A DNA stretch of 63,936 bases, counting the filler, from Octopus bimaculoides (Eukaryota): assembly GCF_001194135.2 (NCBI RefSeq). It is 7 parts of 5 records of this genome, joined end to end, with 100 filler letters (N's around TTAATTAATTAA, not from the genome) between each part and the next. Parts side by side here need not be neighbours in the genome. Positions count along the whole stretch, not along the records: positions 36,726 to 41,936 come from NC_068981.1; positions 42,037 to 47,989 come from NC_069005.1; positions 48,090 to 53,436 come from NC_068996.1; 4 more parts are not named here. One strand, 5' to 3'. This document shows positions 39,775-53,436 of the stretch, one piece after another. The notes below the pieces were generated by a model that did not search any database, was not told the origin of the DNA, and was given only the letters and a program-made list of their open reading frames with translations. Position 1 is the first letter of the stretch. The number at the start of each line of letters is the position of its first letter. The position numbers and the translations under genes were made by a program.

Positions 39775-40820
39775 AATATATAAATATATGCATACATCCA
39801 TACCTATATGCACATACCTACATCTATATGAATGGATACATACATGCATATATGGGTACAAGACATCACAAAAAGCGTTAGGCACAATGAGAAATGAAAA
39901 CATAAAGACGAAGACATAAAACGAACATTTTTTTGGAACAACGAAAAAACAAACAGAGGAACGAGACATGCAACATAAAGAATATTTTCCTTCTTCAGTT
40001 GTCCCTGTTCCATCTATCCGCGTTACGAAGGCAAGGACAATACGCGACTTCGTTGGAACAGTCAGTCCCGCAAAGCAAATTAATTAAATTTTGAATTTTT
40101 TGCGGAGGCTGAAAGTGTAAACAAGAACAGGACAGTGAGAACAAAACAGTAAAAGACAGTAAAAACAAGACAGAACAGTGAAAACAAATGGTAAGGGATG
40201 TTAGGCCAAGACAATAGAAAAATTATTATTTTGAACGCTAGTTAGATGTGAATGAGAGACAAAAAAATGTTGTCTTTCTCTGTAGGAAGGCAGGAAATAG
40301 AAAGAAAGAATCCCTTTCGTCACATCATGTGTCAGCGACAAGAGGGTCAAGGAGGAGAAGTGAGAGAGGGGGAACGGTAGAAGGAAGAGTAGAATAGGGG
40401 AGGGTTGGGAGAGAAAAACAGAAAGGATGAAGAACAAGAGAGGGAGAGAGATAGACAGGGAAGTGATAGTGAAGTCATAGTGAAGTGATAGTAGTAGAGT
40501 GCGCAGAAGAAATTAGTAAGATAAAACTTACTTGGAGACAGTGCGTGGCGTTCGATCATATAATAGCATGAATAATATATAAATATATGCATATATCCAT
40601 ACATATATGTACATACCGACATCTATTTGTATACATGCAAGGTACAGGACATCACAAAAAACGTTAAACGCAGTGAGAAACGAAAACATAAAGACGAAGA
40701 CAGAAAACGAAAAACCAACAGAATAACGAGACATGCAACATAAAGAATGTCTCTCCTCTTCAGTTGTCCCTGTTCCATCTCCTCCACGTTCGAAGGCAAG
40801 AACAATACGCGACTTCGTTG
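39775..40820 (+). repeat. Imperfect direct repeat pair (39775-40055 and 40570-40820)
   Basis: Shared aaatatatgcat...gacatcacaaaaa...acgagacatgcaacataaagaat...cttcagttgtccctgttccatct...caatacgcgacttcgttg. Confidence 0.85.
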
Positions 40821-41262
40821 ATATATATATATAATTCTGGTCATAACTAAACACTGCTTTGCGCCAATTCTTTGTTATTTACCTGGATCGGGAGATCTAC
40901 TGGCGCAAGTTCGTCAACGAGTTGACTGAATTATATATGAAGCTACAGGTTATTAAGTTTGTTCAGAGTTGCCTCTGTTAGCTACATCGCATTGACAAGA
41001 GTCAAAAGACTCGAAGCATCGATGTCTGAGATTCCTGACAGGTGTCGACACTGAATGAACTAAGTGTTTTCACACCTGTTTACCATAAGAGAGATTTTTT
41101 TCTCCACTGTAACTACAGTGTATTTGCCTTTTAGCAGTTGAAATATGTGTCAATCACATTTCAACTATCCTAAATTTTGCGTATGTATGTATGTATGTGT
41201 GTGTGTGTGTGTATCCATAAATATATATATATGTGTATAGTTTGAAATACATACTCACACAT

Positions 41263-41297
<35 letters not shown>

Positions 41298-41687
41298 TAT
41301 ACTTTATTTTATTTTTTAATTCTTTTGTTTCAGTCATTTGACTGCGGCCATGCAGGAGCACCGCCTTTTTAATCAAACAAATCGACCCCAGGATTTATTC
41401 TTTGAAAACCTAGTACTTATTTTATCGTCTCTTTTGCCGAACTGCTAAGTTACGGAGATGTAGACACACCAACATCAGATGCCAAGCGATGTGTGTCTGT
41501 GTGGGGGAAACATAACCATACACACACATATATGTATATATTTATATAGAACGCGGTTTTTTTTTCTCATTTTCCGTCTACCAAATCCACTCACAGGGCT
41601 TTGGTCGGCCCGAGGCTATAATAGAAGACTCTTGCTCAAGGTGCCACGCAGTGGGACCGATCCCGGAACCATGTAGCTGGAAGCACC

Positions 41688-41729
<42 letters not shown>

Positions 41730-41788
41730 GAGAGAGGGAGTGAGAACAGTAGTAGATAGTAGTGGTCATATTGCATTCCATAACGGCT

Positions 41789-41851
41789 ACATATAATGAG
41801 CGCAGATTTATATAATCGTTGAATCTCAAACGCGAAATCGATTGGTAATAT
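41789..41851 (+). ncRNA. Degenerate hammerhead related to 58051
   Basis: acat ataatga GCG...CGC GAAA TCGATTGG TA atat. Confidence 0.45.
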
Positions 41852-44800
41852 CAGCTGCAATGGATATGTAATACTGTACACTTCGAGTAATATATACATA
41901 CATACATGTGTATATCTCTATATATATATATATCTTNNNNNNNNNNNNNNNNNNNNNNNNNNNNNNNNNNNNNNNNNNNNTTAATTAATTAANNNNNNNN
42001 NNNNNNNNNNNNNNNNNNNNNNNNNNNNNNNNNNNNATATATATATATATATACACACATGCGTGTGGGGGAGTCTTTGTATCTGTGTTTGTCCTCCTAT
42101 CACCGCTTGACAACAGGTGTTGGTGTGTTTACGTCCCCGTAACCTAACAGTTCGGCAAAAAGAATAAGTACTTGGCTTAAGAAACAAGTCCTGGGGGGGG
42201 GGTCAAGACGGTGCTCCAGCATGGCCGCAGTCAAATAGCTGAAACAAGTAAAAGAATAAAAGAAACCATTGGTCCAGCCGATAAACGGATTTCGAAAACA
42301 GCCATGATTTGGGTTTCACCCGTCGGCAAGCGAATATGTGAAGATGGCCTGAAGACAGTCGACATTATGTAGAATGGCTGTACAAGAGACGCAACCGACC
42401 GAACTCGGTGGAGGAAACTTGCTGCTCAATGCGCTGAGCAGCGAAGGAGGACTTAAAGCTAAAAGAAAAAAATTTATGAACTAGAAACATTCCAGCAATG
42501 ACCACTCTTGTTACTTTTATTTTATCTTTTTTTTAGATAATATACGACATAAGTGTAGGTGTGCAAGGGTTACAATATTCAGTAAAATCTCTCGGTGAGA
42601 GAAATTTTACTGTTATTGAGTATCAAGGTGTGAGGCGCGAAAACGAGAGCATTAGGCATAATTAAAAACATGAAGAAAAATATAGAAGCCTACACTACAC
42701 ACTGCCCAAACACTAGTTCTGCTTCGGAACAACCTATAGCCTGCGCAAAACATAATGAATCCAAGAGTACAGCCTCAAATACAACCTTCACGCACAACAC
42801 ACATCTTATACAATAAGCGGTGATTAAACGGTAAGAGAGATTTTGCTGTTATTTCTAGGTAACTGATTGACCATGTACAGATTCTTTAATTTCGTATTCT
42901 AACTCTGTGTCTGGAATATTTAGCAATTGCAAACAGTTGCAAATCGAACCTGGATTACTAAGGCAACTAAACACGATCGCTATTCGCTCAAATATTACCG
43001 ACGTCATAAAAAAAAAGACCTGACTATTCAAGACTTCTTGTGGAATTGGATCTAATAACAATTTAATCTTTGACGCGCTTTTTCTCAAAAAGACAGCGCT
43101 ATGTATCCAACGCATTTTAGCCACTAGCCAGTGGAAGCCAGCAGCAGAGAACAGACCAGAACAGTGTCACAACGCCGAGACAGTTGATGACGGCGGCAGC
43201 ACATCCTAACCAGCAAACTCCAAGAAACACGACAGCAGCTACTATTATACCTGATACAACATCTCATGTAAACTTCGAATTGTCTTACTTGTGTAAACAC
43301 CTTTTCCTTGTCGATCGTAGTAAAGATAACATTTGTTTGTTAACGATTAGAGTAAATATTTTTGCATTAGAAAAATATCAGCAGAATTTGTGTTCTTTTG
43401 ATATCGAATAGTAATACCATTCACACACATGCAGAAATATCTTCCGCTAAAAGTCTGCGATAAATGGAGTGATCCAAGATCGAGTTTTCGATCAAACTAA
43501 GAACTGAAACAATTACATGGCGAAAGAGTAAAGGTCACCATCTATAATAGACTGGCCATTCAGAATATAGGAATTTGATTAACGATTTCACTTCGCAACC
43601 ACGCGGTTTTGGGTTCGAGAGAAAACTATATCGCAACTTGGAAACTGTATTCTGTTATAACCCTGTGTTGATCAGTACCTCGTAAAGGGTTATTTTGAAG
43701 AGGGAAACACAACAGATGTCAGTGTGTGTTTTTATGTGTGCGTTTCGGTATTGTCCATGTAGTTTCCCAGTTTTGTCCCGCATCTTCACGTTCGGCAAAC
43801 AGATATCGATAAAAACATGTACCACACTGAGATACGTACCAGTTTCGATGCGATCAACTAAACTTTTGAAAGCGATACTATAGTATGGTCGTAGTCAAAT
43901 AACTCCAAGAAGTTGAAGTGTGAATGTGTTATTAAAGGCTTACATATATTTCCGATAAATATTGGAGTGATCTAGTTCCATTGTTCACTCGTATTAATCA
44001 ATCAACCCATAGTCGATCGACTGAAAAAATGGAGAACAGTCCGCTACCTTTATCTTCCTCAGAGGCACAAATAAAATGACGGACAAAAGAAAGGAATTTG
44101 ACCAAAATGGTATTGGTTGAAAATTAGGTCATCTTAGGCAAGTATCTGACCAGCACTACATAAGCAACAGTGAAGGGGAACTGTAATAACAGTTAGTATC
44201 GAGAAATTGTAAATCTGACTATGAAGAGAATTGGAATCTGATAGCTTCCTATATTGTTCAGGGTTGCTGAAGACAACAGGGGACGCTATATTGAAAATTA
44301 TAACTAGATTCTGGAATAAAGAGGTCGGGTGGGGGAGTTATATGTTATGACACAAAAATACATTGACTTGCTGAATTATTGAAATAGAAATAACAATAAC
44401 TTATTTGCTTTATACGTCAAGTTGCAACAAAAGCATCCTAGCATTCAAAGTAGAGGCCATCGTGTTGCACCGTCTCAAACCACCACACAGGTGAAGGTGG
44501 AAGCTTCAGTTTTTGGCCAAGCACATTTCTCAGATCCAACAACCACCATATTCAGTCCTCATGCGTGGCACCTTGGGCCGACCAAAGTCTTGTGGGTGGA
44601 TTTGGTAGACGGAAACTGAAAGAAGCCCGACGTATGTGTGTGTGTGTGTATTTATGTGTGTGTTTTGTGTCTGTGTTTTTCCCTCCACCGTCGCTTGACA
44701 ACCGATGTTGGTGTGTTTATGCCCCCGAAACTTAGCGATTCGGCAAAAGAGACCGGTAGAATAAGTATTAGGCAGACAAAAGAATAAGTCCTAGGGTCGA

Positions 44801-45814
44801 TTTCTTCGACTAAAGGCGGTGCTCCTGCATGGCCGCTGTCAAATGACTGAAACGTGTAAAAGAGTAAGCCTTTTATAAATGTATAAAATCCATTATCAGC
44901 GTCTATTTTCTTGGTAACTCTGTAGCAACATANNNNNNNNNNNNNNNNNNNNNNNNNNNNNNNNNNNNNNNNNNNNNNNNNNNNNNNNNNNNNNNNNNNN
45001 NNNNNNNNNNNNNNNNNNNNNNNNNNNNNNNNNNNNNNNNNNNNNNNNNNNNNNNNNNNNNNNNNNNNNNNNNNNNNNNNNNNNNNNNNNNNNNNNNNNN
45101 NNNNNNNNNNNNNNNNNNNNNNNNNNNNNNNNNNNNNNNNNNNNNNNNNNNNNNNNNNNNNNNNNNNNNNNNNNNNNNNNNNNNNNNNNNNNNNNNNNNN
45201 NNNNNNNNNNNNNNNNNNNNNNNNNNNNNNNNNNNNNNNNNNNNNNNNNNNNNNNNNNNNNNNNNNNNNNNNNNNNNNNNNNNNNNNNNNNNNNNNNNNN
45301 NNNNNNNNNNNNNNNNNNNNNNNNNNNNNNNNNNNNNNNNNNNNNNNNNNNNNNNNNNNNNNNNNNNNNNNNNNNNNAGAGAGAAAGAGAGAGGGAGAGA
45401 GAAAGAGAGAGGGAGAGAGAAAGAGAGAGGGAGAGAGAAAGAGAGACGGAGAGAGAAAGAGAGAGGGAGAGAGACAGATTGAAACGTAGTTCCCCAAGCG
45501 GTTACAACAATTACAAAGGTGATAAGTTTTTTTTGTCAATATGAGGCAGAATAAAGATTTTGGAATTGAAATTTAGGGATTAATATGAATTTCTTAGAAT
45601 TTCTAGTCAATGTTATTCATGTAAAGCACTATTTCATTCTTTTTAGAAATCGTCAGCATGATATAACTTGGGATAAAACGTTTGATGAAGTGAGACGTTT
45701 CATACATACATACATACATGCATACATACATATGCTCTGACTCCGTACACATGAGACAGACAAGTTCTATGCCTACGAAAGTTTAAGTAATCTGGAGAGT
45801 TGAGTCAACCTGTT

Positions 45815-45873
<59 letters not shown>

Positions 45874-47143
45874 TTATATAGCATATTGTATATATATATA
45901 TAGTCAGAGTGGGAAGCAATTTAACAGAAATTTTAAAATGGCGTCAAGGTGAGAATATTTTGGACATCATTCAAGTCACGTGGATTATTTAGCTAGGTAG
46001 CGACAACAAATCTTTTATTACATACAACTGTTTAACGTGTTAAATGCTCATGTGTATGAGCGCGCACCGACTCACACACATGCGCACAAACAAACAAAAA
46101 GAACGTAACTCGAATAACGGACAGTCAACAACAATTGAAAAGGCTGCGCAACGAAAATTTTAGGAAAAAAAAGATGAGGGGAAACTTTACCTGTGAGTGT
46201 GTTAAATAATAAGGCACTAAAAGAGAATGACTCTCCCTAGATAAAATAATACATATATATATATATANNNNNNNNNNNNNNNNNNNNNNNNNNNNNNNNN
46301 NNNNNNNNNNNNNNNNNNNNNNNNNNNNNNNNNNNNNNNNNNNNNNNNNNNNNNNNNNNNNNNNNNNNNNNNNNNNNNNNNNNNNNNNNNNNNNNNNNNN
46401 NNNNNNNNNNNNNNNNNNNNNNNNNNNNNNNNNNNNNNNNNNNNNNNNNNNNNNNNNNNNNNNNNNNNNNNNNNNNNNNNNNNNNNNNNNNNNNNNNNNN
46501 NNNNNNNNNNNNNNNNNNNNNNNNNNNNNNNNNNNNNNNNNNNNNNNNNNNNNNNNNNNNNNNNNNNNNNNNNNNNNNNNNNNNNNNNNNNNNNNNNNNN
46601 NNNNNNNNNNNNNNNNNNNNNNNNNNNNNNNNNNNNNNNNNNNNNNNNNNNNNNNNNNNNNNNNNNNNNNNNNNNNNNNNNNNNNNNNNNNNNNNNNNNN
46701 NNNNNNNNNNNNNNNNNNNNNNNNNNNNNNNNNNNNNNNNNNNNNNNNNNNNNNNNNNNNNNNNNNNNNNNNNNNNNNNNNNNNNNNNNNNNNNNNNNNN
46801 NNNNNNNNNNNNNNNNNNNNNNNNNNNNNNNNNNNNNNNNNNNNNNNNNNNNNNNNNNNNNNNNNNNNNNNNNNNNNNNNNNNNNNNNNNNNNNNNNNNN
46901 NNNNNNNNNNNNNNNNNNNNNNNNNNNNNNNNNNNNNNNNNNNNNNNNNNNNNNNNNNNNNNNNNNNNNNNNNNNNNNNNNNNNNNNNNNNNNNNNNNNN
47001 NNNNNNNNNNNNNNNNNNNNNNNNNNNNNNNNNNNNNNNNNNNNNNNNNNNNNNNNNNNNNNNNNNNNNNNNNNNNNNNNNNNNNNNNNNNNNNNNNNNN
47101 NNNNNNNNNNNNNNNNNNNNNNNNNNNNNNNNNNNNNNNNNNN

Positions 47144-47177
<34 letters not shown>

Positions 47178-47319
47178 TATGGAGGGTTTAGTTCACGAAA
47201 ATATACGCTGTGTAAGTGCTATAATCGGTTATCCGTTAGGTTCCAAGTTCACAGCTGAAACTGGAGCTAGGGATCCGTAGTAAGCTTCCGAGTTAGCAGG
47301 TATATATTAGAGCAATAAT

Positions 47320-47730
47320 GACAACAAAACCAAGACAGGACGAGTATCTCAAGTCATTTAGAGTATTTAATTAGAGTAAGGAGAATTTGAGGTAATTAAT
47401 TAATTAATGAGTTAATTAACTAATTATTGGATATCTTACAGCTGTTTCTGGGATATCCCGAGTGATAGGTTAGCATCTCCATACACTGGATACTCCGTCA
47501 TCAGAGACAAAGTGAATATGTATGAAAGTTCTAGACAGGGAATTCAGTTTGTAAAGGCATAAAATAGTAGATAGAAGAATAAAGAGTAAAACAGCAGACA
47601 GAAAAATACAGACGAGAGAATAAAGTAATTCATTAATTTAATTAATTAATTATTTAACCCAAATTTACCTTAATCTAATTAAATATTCTAAGTGACAAGA
47701 GATATTTGTCCTGCTTTGGTTTTTGCTGTC
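47320..47730. repeat. Fold-back unit with ~90-105-bp imperfect inverted arms enclosing a hammerhead
   Basis: gacaacaaaaccaagacaggacgagtatctcaagtcatttagagtatttaattagagtaagg vs the reverse complement of the right arm, gacagcaaaaaccaaagcaggacaaatatctcttgtcacttagaatatttaattagattaagg. Confidence 0.8.
47432..47509 (-). ncRNA. Type I hammerhead ribozyme, intact core
   Basis: Minus strand: UGUCU CUGAUGA CGGAGUAUCC...GGGAUAUCCCA GAAA CAGCUG UA/AGAUA. 5-bp stem I and palindromic stem III. Confidence 0.82.
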
Positions 47731-47747
47731 CTTTTCCCCCTAATATA

Positions 47748-47979
47748 CAGTGTGACCCAAAAGTAGGCTTACAGTTATCACGTAGGCATTTTAAATTTCT
47801 TTTAAAACATTTTAATGCATTTAGATTTCTATCTTACAAACTGAACAAGGGGCTTGACAAAATTAACTAAATTAGCATAGGATAATGGTTCCATATTTTT
47901 TTTAATTAAGATCTAAACTGTTAATATATGAATGCGAGACATAGTTGAATAACTGTAAACTTACTTTTGGGCCACCCTG
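47748..47979. mobile_element. 232-bp Tc1/mariner MITE
   Basis: TA|cagtgtgacccaaaagtaggcttacagtt...aactgtaaacttacttttgggccaccctg|TA. Confidence 0.9.
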
Positions 47980-48251
47980 TATGTATATANNNNNNNNNNN
48001 NNNNNNNNNNNNNNNNNNNNNNNNNNNNNNNNNTTAATTAATTAANNNNNNNNNNNNNNNNNNNNNNNNNNNNNNNNNNNNNNNNNNNNCGTACAGATAT
48101 ATATTAAATATATAAATATATAAATATTTATTGATATATAGATAGATAGACAGATAGATATCTAGATAGATAGATTATTCCCGTTCTTCAAAGAATGTGT
48201 GCATGTATGTGTGTGTGTGCGTGTGTGTGTGCGTGCGTGTGTCTGTGTGTG

Positions 48252-48290
<39 letters not shown>

Positions 48291-48711
48291 TTTGAATAAG
48301 AGATATAATCCACCTCACGGCCTTCCCTTGGTTTCCGACAACTCGATTTCACTCTGAAGAAAATATAATACGTAGATGGAACCACACAATGACTGTGAAC
48401 CCAGGATTTTATGGTTGTTTTTGGCCATATACATATTTATGCGTGTTTGTGTGAGTGAGTGTGTGTACATAAATATACATACACACACACACACATATAT
48501 ACACTCACATACATATATATACTATATATATTTTTATATAAACACACATATATATACCCTATATATATATATATATTATATATATGTGTGTATGTGTGTG
48601 TGTTTGTGTGCATGTATTACGAATGAATGATAAAGTATAATTTTTCAATAAAAATAAAATAATATAAAATCAGTGATGTAAAAGAAGCAGACCATGTCAT
48701 AGAAACTAAGA

Positions 48712-48851
<140 letters not shown>

Positions 48852-50019
48852 CGTCCTATGTCTTATATGTCATATATATACACAGGGCTGAATCGTTTAG
48901 TCATGTCATGACACTACTTTCATCAATCTTTCATAAATCATATGAGTGTGAAAGCTTTCTTTTCTACACTCCCACCCAACCCTGTACACAAACGCACTAC
49001 TTTTCAAGTGATCTGAGAAGACGGTAAACTATTTCATTGATAATATTAATTCGTTTGGCTCAAATGCGCCAAAGTAAAATGATCATATTACAAAAATAGA
49101 GAGGGGGAGAAAGAGAGAGGAAGAAGACATGAAATAGAATTATTATAAAAGGGTTGTACCGATTGTGACACCGTGCATATAAATCAAAGTAGAATTCAAT
49201 AAACACACTTATTATTTATTATACGTTTGACCAATTATTGAGTAAAGAAGTATTCCTTGGGAAAGACTCACAGATTAATTCCCACTAGAAATTAGTCACC
49301 CGTGAAAAAGTTCGTGTAAAGGCATACAAAGATAACGATGATGAGTGTTGTTTAATTTGTACGAAATATAATTGAAAAAGAAAAACTTCCTCAAATTTTA
49401 ACATGTGTATTATGTATGAGTGTGAATTAATATATATATATATATATATATATANNNNNNNNNNNNNNNNNNNNNNNNNNNNNNNNNNNNNNNNNNNNNN
49501 NNNNNNNNNNNNNNNNNNNNNNNNNNNNNNNNNNNNNNNNNNNNNNNNNNNNNNNNNNNNNNNNNNNNNNNNNNNNNNNNNNNNNNNNNNNNNNNNNNNN
49601 NNNNNNNNNNNNNNNNNNNNNNNNNNNNNNNNNNNNNNNNNNNNNNNNNNNNNNNNNNNNNNNNNNNNNNNNNNNNNNNNNNNNNNNNNNNNNNNNNNNN
49701 NNNNNNNNNNNNNNNNNNNNNNNNNNNNNNNNNNNNNNNNNNNNNNNNNNNNNNNNNNNNNNNNNNNNNNNNNNNNNNNNNNNNNATATATATATATATA
49801 TATAAGTTCAATTAGAGGTTAAATAAACCTCATTAAGGGATAGTAATACCCAATGATTTTACTGATTTCTTACCTACTATTTATTCTGAATGTTAATTTT
49901 AATACTTACAAATTGGTAAAGTAAATAAACCGAGGTTTATGTTTAATTAAGAAAAATAAGAAAATAGAGATAAATAAATTAATTGATTATATTTATTAAT
50001 TGTAATAATAGATATAGTC

Positions 50020-50099
50020 CCTGACAACTGTTTCGATTCAGATTTTAAAGATATTGATTAAGATAATTGAATCATTATAAAGTAGAATCTCGTTGTAGG
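50020..50099 (-). ncRNA. Degenerate hammerhead
   Basis: Minus strand: CCU ACAACGA GAUUC...GAAUC GAAA CAGUUG UC/AGG. The CUGANGA core is decayed. Confidence 0.5.
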
Positions 50100-50920
50100 T
50101 AGAAAAAAAGATATACCATTACATTTTTGTGTTTTTATGTGTAAAGTGTACGGAGCATTTCACCAAACTGAGTAATGTTTTATACATAAATTTGGTATAG
50201 ACCTTCTAAAGGTGGGGAAAAGAAGTATATTTAGAAAAAATAAATATGTTAAATAATATATAATATACTCTGTGTAATCATTAAAAAGTATGGAGATAAA
50301 CAATATATAGTAATTAACCGTGTATTCAAGTATCATATTAATATTGAGGTAAATATGCTTATAAAAATTTAAGTAATAATGGCGTATAGATTCATAAATA
50401 AAAATAAGAAATGGATAGAGTTATAGATAAATTTATATATATTTGAATGCATATATAGATATAAATACATTTAAATATTTATACATATAGAAATATATAA
50501 GCATATATAAAACTAAAAATAAGAATAAATGGGCATTTATTCGTATTTTCATCGACCTCCGAAATTTGAATAGCAAAGGGAATCTAGTCAAGATTATAAT
50601 CTACAGCGTAAAGAGATGGTCGCAGCCCATATACCGCCGGCTCCGATGCCATATCATTTCTTTTATATACTGTTCAATTATTTCGCTTTCACGCATTTAA
50701 ATTTACAAATAGTAATTTCGGATGTCAAATACCACGCTTGGTGAAAAGAAGGACACAGGCATTGGCTGAGTTGTTAAAAAGCTCGCTTTGCAGCTGCGTC
50801 GTTTCATGTTCAGTCCCACTGCGTGGCATCTTGGGCAAGTGTCTTCTACTATAGCCCAAGTTTGAATTTGTCATATAAAACTGCGAGAAAGTGTCTCGAA
50901 TATAAATAACAATATGTATG

Positions 50921-50966
<46 letters not shown>

Positions 50967-51654
50967 NNNNNNNNNNNNNNNNNNNNNNNNNNNNNNNNNN
51001 NNNNNNNNNNNNNNNNNNNNNNNNNNNNNNNNNNNNNNNNNNNNNNNNNNNNNNNNNNNNNNNNNNNNNNNNNNNNNNNNNNNNNNNNNNNNNNNNNNNN
51101 NNNNNNNNNNNNNNNNNNNNNNNNNNNNNNNNNNNNNNNNNNNNNNNNNNNNNNNNNNNNNNNNNNNNNNNNNNNNNNNNNNNNNNNNNNNNNNNNNNNN
51201 NNNNNNNNNNNNNNNNNNNNNNNNNNNNNNNNNNNNNNNNNNNNNNNNNNNNNNNNNNNNNNNNNNNNNNNNNNNNNNNNNNNNNNNNNNNNNNNNNNNN
51301 NNNNNNNNNNNNNNNNNNNNNNNNNNNNNNNNNNNNNNNNNNNNNNNNNNNNNNNNNNNNNNNNNNNNNNNNNNNNNNNNNNNNNNNNNNNNNNNNNNNN
51401 NNNNNNNNNNNNNNNNNNNNNNNNNNNNNNNNNNNNNNNNNNNNNNNNNNNNNNNNNNNNNNNNNNNNNNNNNNNNNNNNNNNNNNNNNNNNNNNNNNNN
51501 NNNNNNNNNNNNNNNNNNNNNNNNNNNNNNNNNNNNNNNNNNNNNNNNNNNNNNNNNNNNNNNNNNNNNNNNNNNNNNNNNNNNNNNNNNNNNNNNNNNN
51601 NNNNNNNNNNNNNNNNNNNNNNNNNNNNNNNNNNNNNNNNNNNNNNNNNNNNNN

Positions 51655-51755
51655 TGGCACCTTGGGCAAGTGTATTCTACTATAGCCTCGGGCCGACCAA
51701 AGCCTTGTGAGAAGATTTGGTAGACGGAAACTGAAAGACGCCCGTCGTATATATG

Positions 51756-51798
<43 letters not shown>

Positions 51799-52020
51799 CT
51801 GTCTGTCTGTCTGTGTCTGTGTTTGTCCCCCAACATCGCTTGACAACCGATGGTGGTGTGTTTACGTTCCCGTAACCTTAGCGGTTCGGCAAAACAGACC
51901 GATAGAATAAGTACTAGGCTTACAAAGAATAAGTCCTGGGGTCTATTTGCTCGACTAAAGGTGGTGCTCCAGCATGGCCCCAGTCAAATGACTGAAACAA
52001 GTAAAAGAGTAAAGAGTAAA
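51655..52020 (+). mobile_element. SINE family B (tRNA head, internal microsatellite, AAAAG tail)
   Basis: ggcaccttgggcaagtg...ggaaactgaaagacgcccgtcg(TA/TG)n...gcatggccccagtcaaatgactgaaacaagtaaaag. Other copies at 42055-42265, 44557-44870 and 62430-62695 (+). Confidence 0.9.
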
Positions 52021-52024
52021 GCCA

Positions 52025-52350
52025 GCAATTTCAATGGGGAGGTTTTAGCCGATTACGTCAACTCCTTTACATGACTAGTACCTTATTTTATCGACTACAA
52101 AAGGATGAAACGCAAAGTTAACCTCCGCGGTATTCGATCTCAGAACGTAAAGAGCCGGAAGAAATTCTTCCATGCATTCTGTACAACGGGTTAACGATTC
52201 GGCCAGCTCGCAAACATCATCTTCATATAGTAATGGTTTCAAGCTTTGATACAAGGCCAGCAAAATATGAAAGGAGGGGTTAGTTGACTACAGTGTTTAA
52301 CTGGTACATATTTTATCGAACCCGATTGGACGACCTCAGTGGAATTTGAG
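52025..52350 (-). mobile_element. Tandem pair of SINE family A
   Basis: Copies at ~52025-52210 and ~52245-52350 (second is partial). Confidence 0.7.
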
Positions 52351-53403
52351 CTCTATAACGAACCTTTTAGATCTCCGCCTTCACGAGTCATTTAATAATA
52401 ATTTCTTTTATTGGTCACAAGGGCCCAAGACATGGGAGACAATATCAAGCGACGAGTTTGCAACACACGGAAACGGGTGGGGGTCGTTATATCGATCAAA
52501 GGGAGACGCTACAACATTAAAGGATATAACAAAGGATATACAAATAGAAATTGAATAAATAAATAATAAATAAATAGGATCCCCAAAAGCGGGAGAGTCC
52601 ATTTAGGTTAATTCGGGGTAAACCCCAATAAAACCTTTTACTAAAATTTTGTAACACAAAGCCGTCGCTATTAATTTAAACAATTTAGTTTCTTCGTACA
52701 TCTCTCCCCCGCTCTCTCTCACTCCTCTCGCTCTTTCTTTATCGTTGTCTCATGCTTTCTCTTTATATTTTGCTTGTTTCAGGCATTGGACTGCGGCCAT
52801 GCTGGAGCACTATCTTGAAGAATGTAGTCGAACAAATCGACCTCAGTACATACTTCTTTTAAAGGTCTCGTACTTATTCCACCGGTCTCTTTGGCCGAAC
52901 CACTAACGTACAGTAACTTAAACAAACCAAGATTGTTGTCAAGCAATGGCGGTGGTGACAAAATTACAAAGACATACGCACACATATATATGTTGTTCTC
53001 GTCGTTGTTATTGTTGTTTATCCTCAACATCGATACAAAATTTCTGTGATCTAACGCATCCATCCCCGTCATGATAATTACGTCGCTGTTAACTACGTAA
53101 ATTACACGTCTAACTAGGAATTTCAATCAAAGGCATAAGAATTCCCATCCTTTACTCGCTCCGCTTGGACACAAGAAACCAATCGTAAAAAGAAAATTGT
53201 ATAAATAAACATGAACAAAGAAATATACGCTTACTGTCTTCATAGATGAAAGAGTCCGACTTAATGGACAGAGTAAAGAAACCAAAATATGCTTTACGTC
53301 AGACAGAAATAACTGTGTTGGGTGGAAACGTTTAAAGTATGTGCCTTAAGAAGCTACATACACGCGCACGCGCGCACACACAAGAACACAACACACACAC
53401 AAC

Positions 53404-53436
<33 letters not shown>

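Noticed and set aside
41037-41081. Small hairpin caggtgt-cg-acact...agtgt-tttc-acacctg containing GAAA on the minus strand
   Set aside because: There is no CUGANGA partner, and a single short hairpin is not distinctive enough to call.
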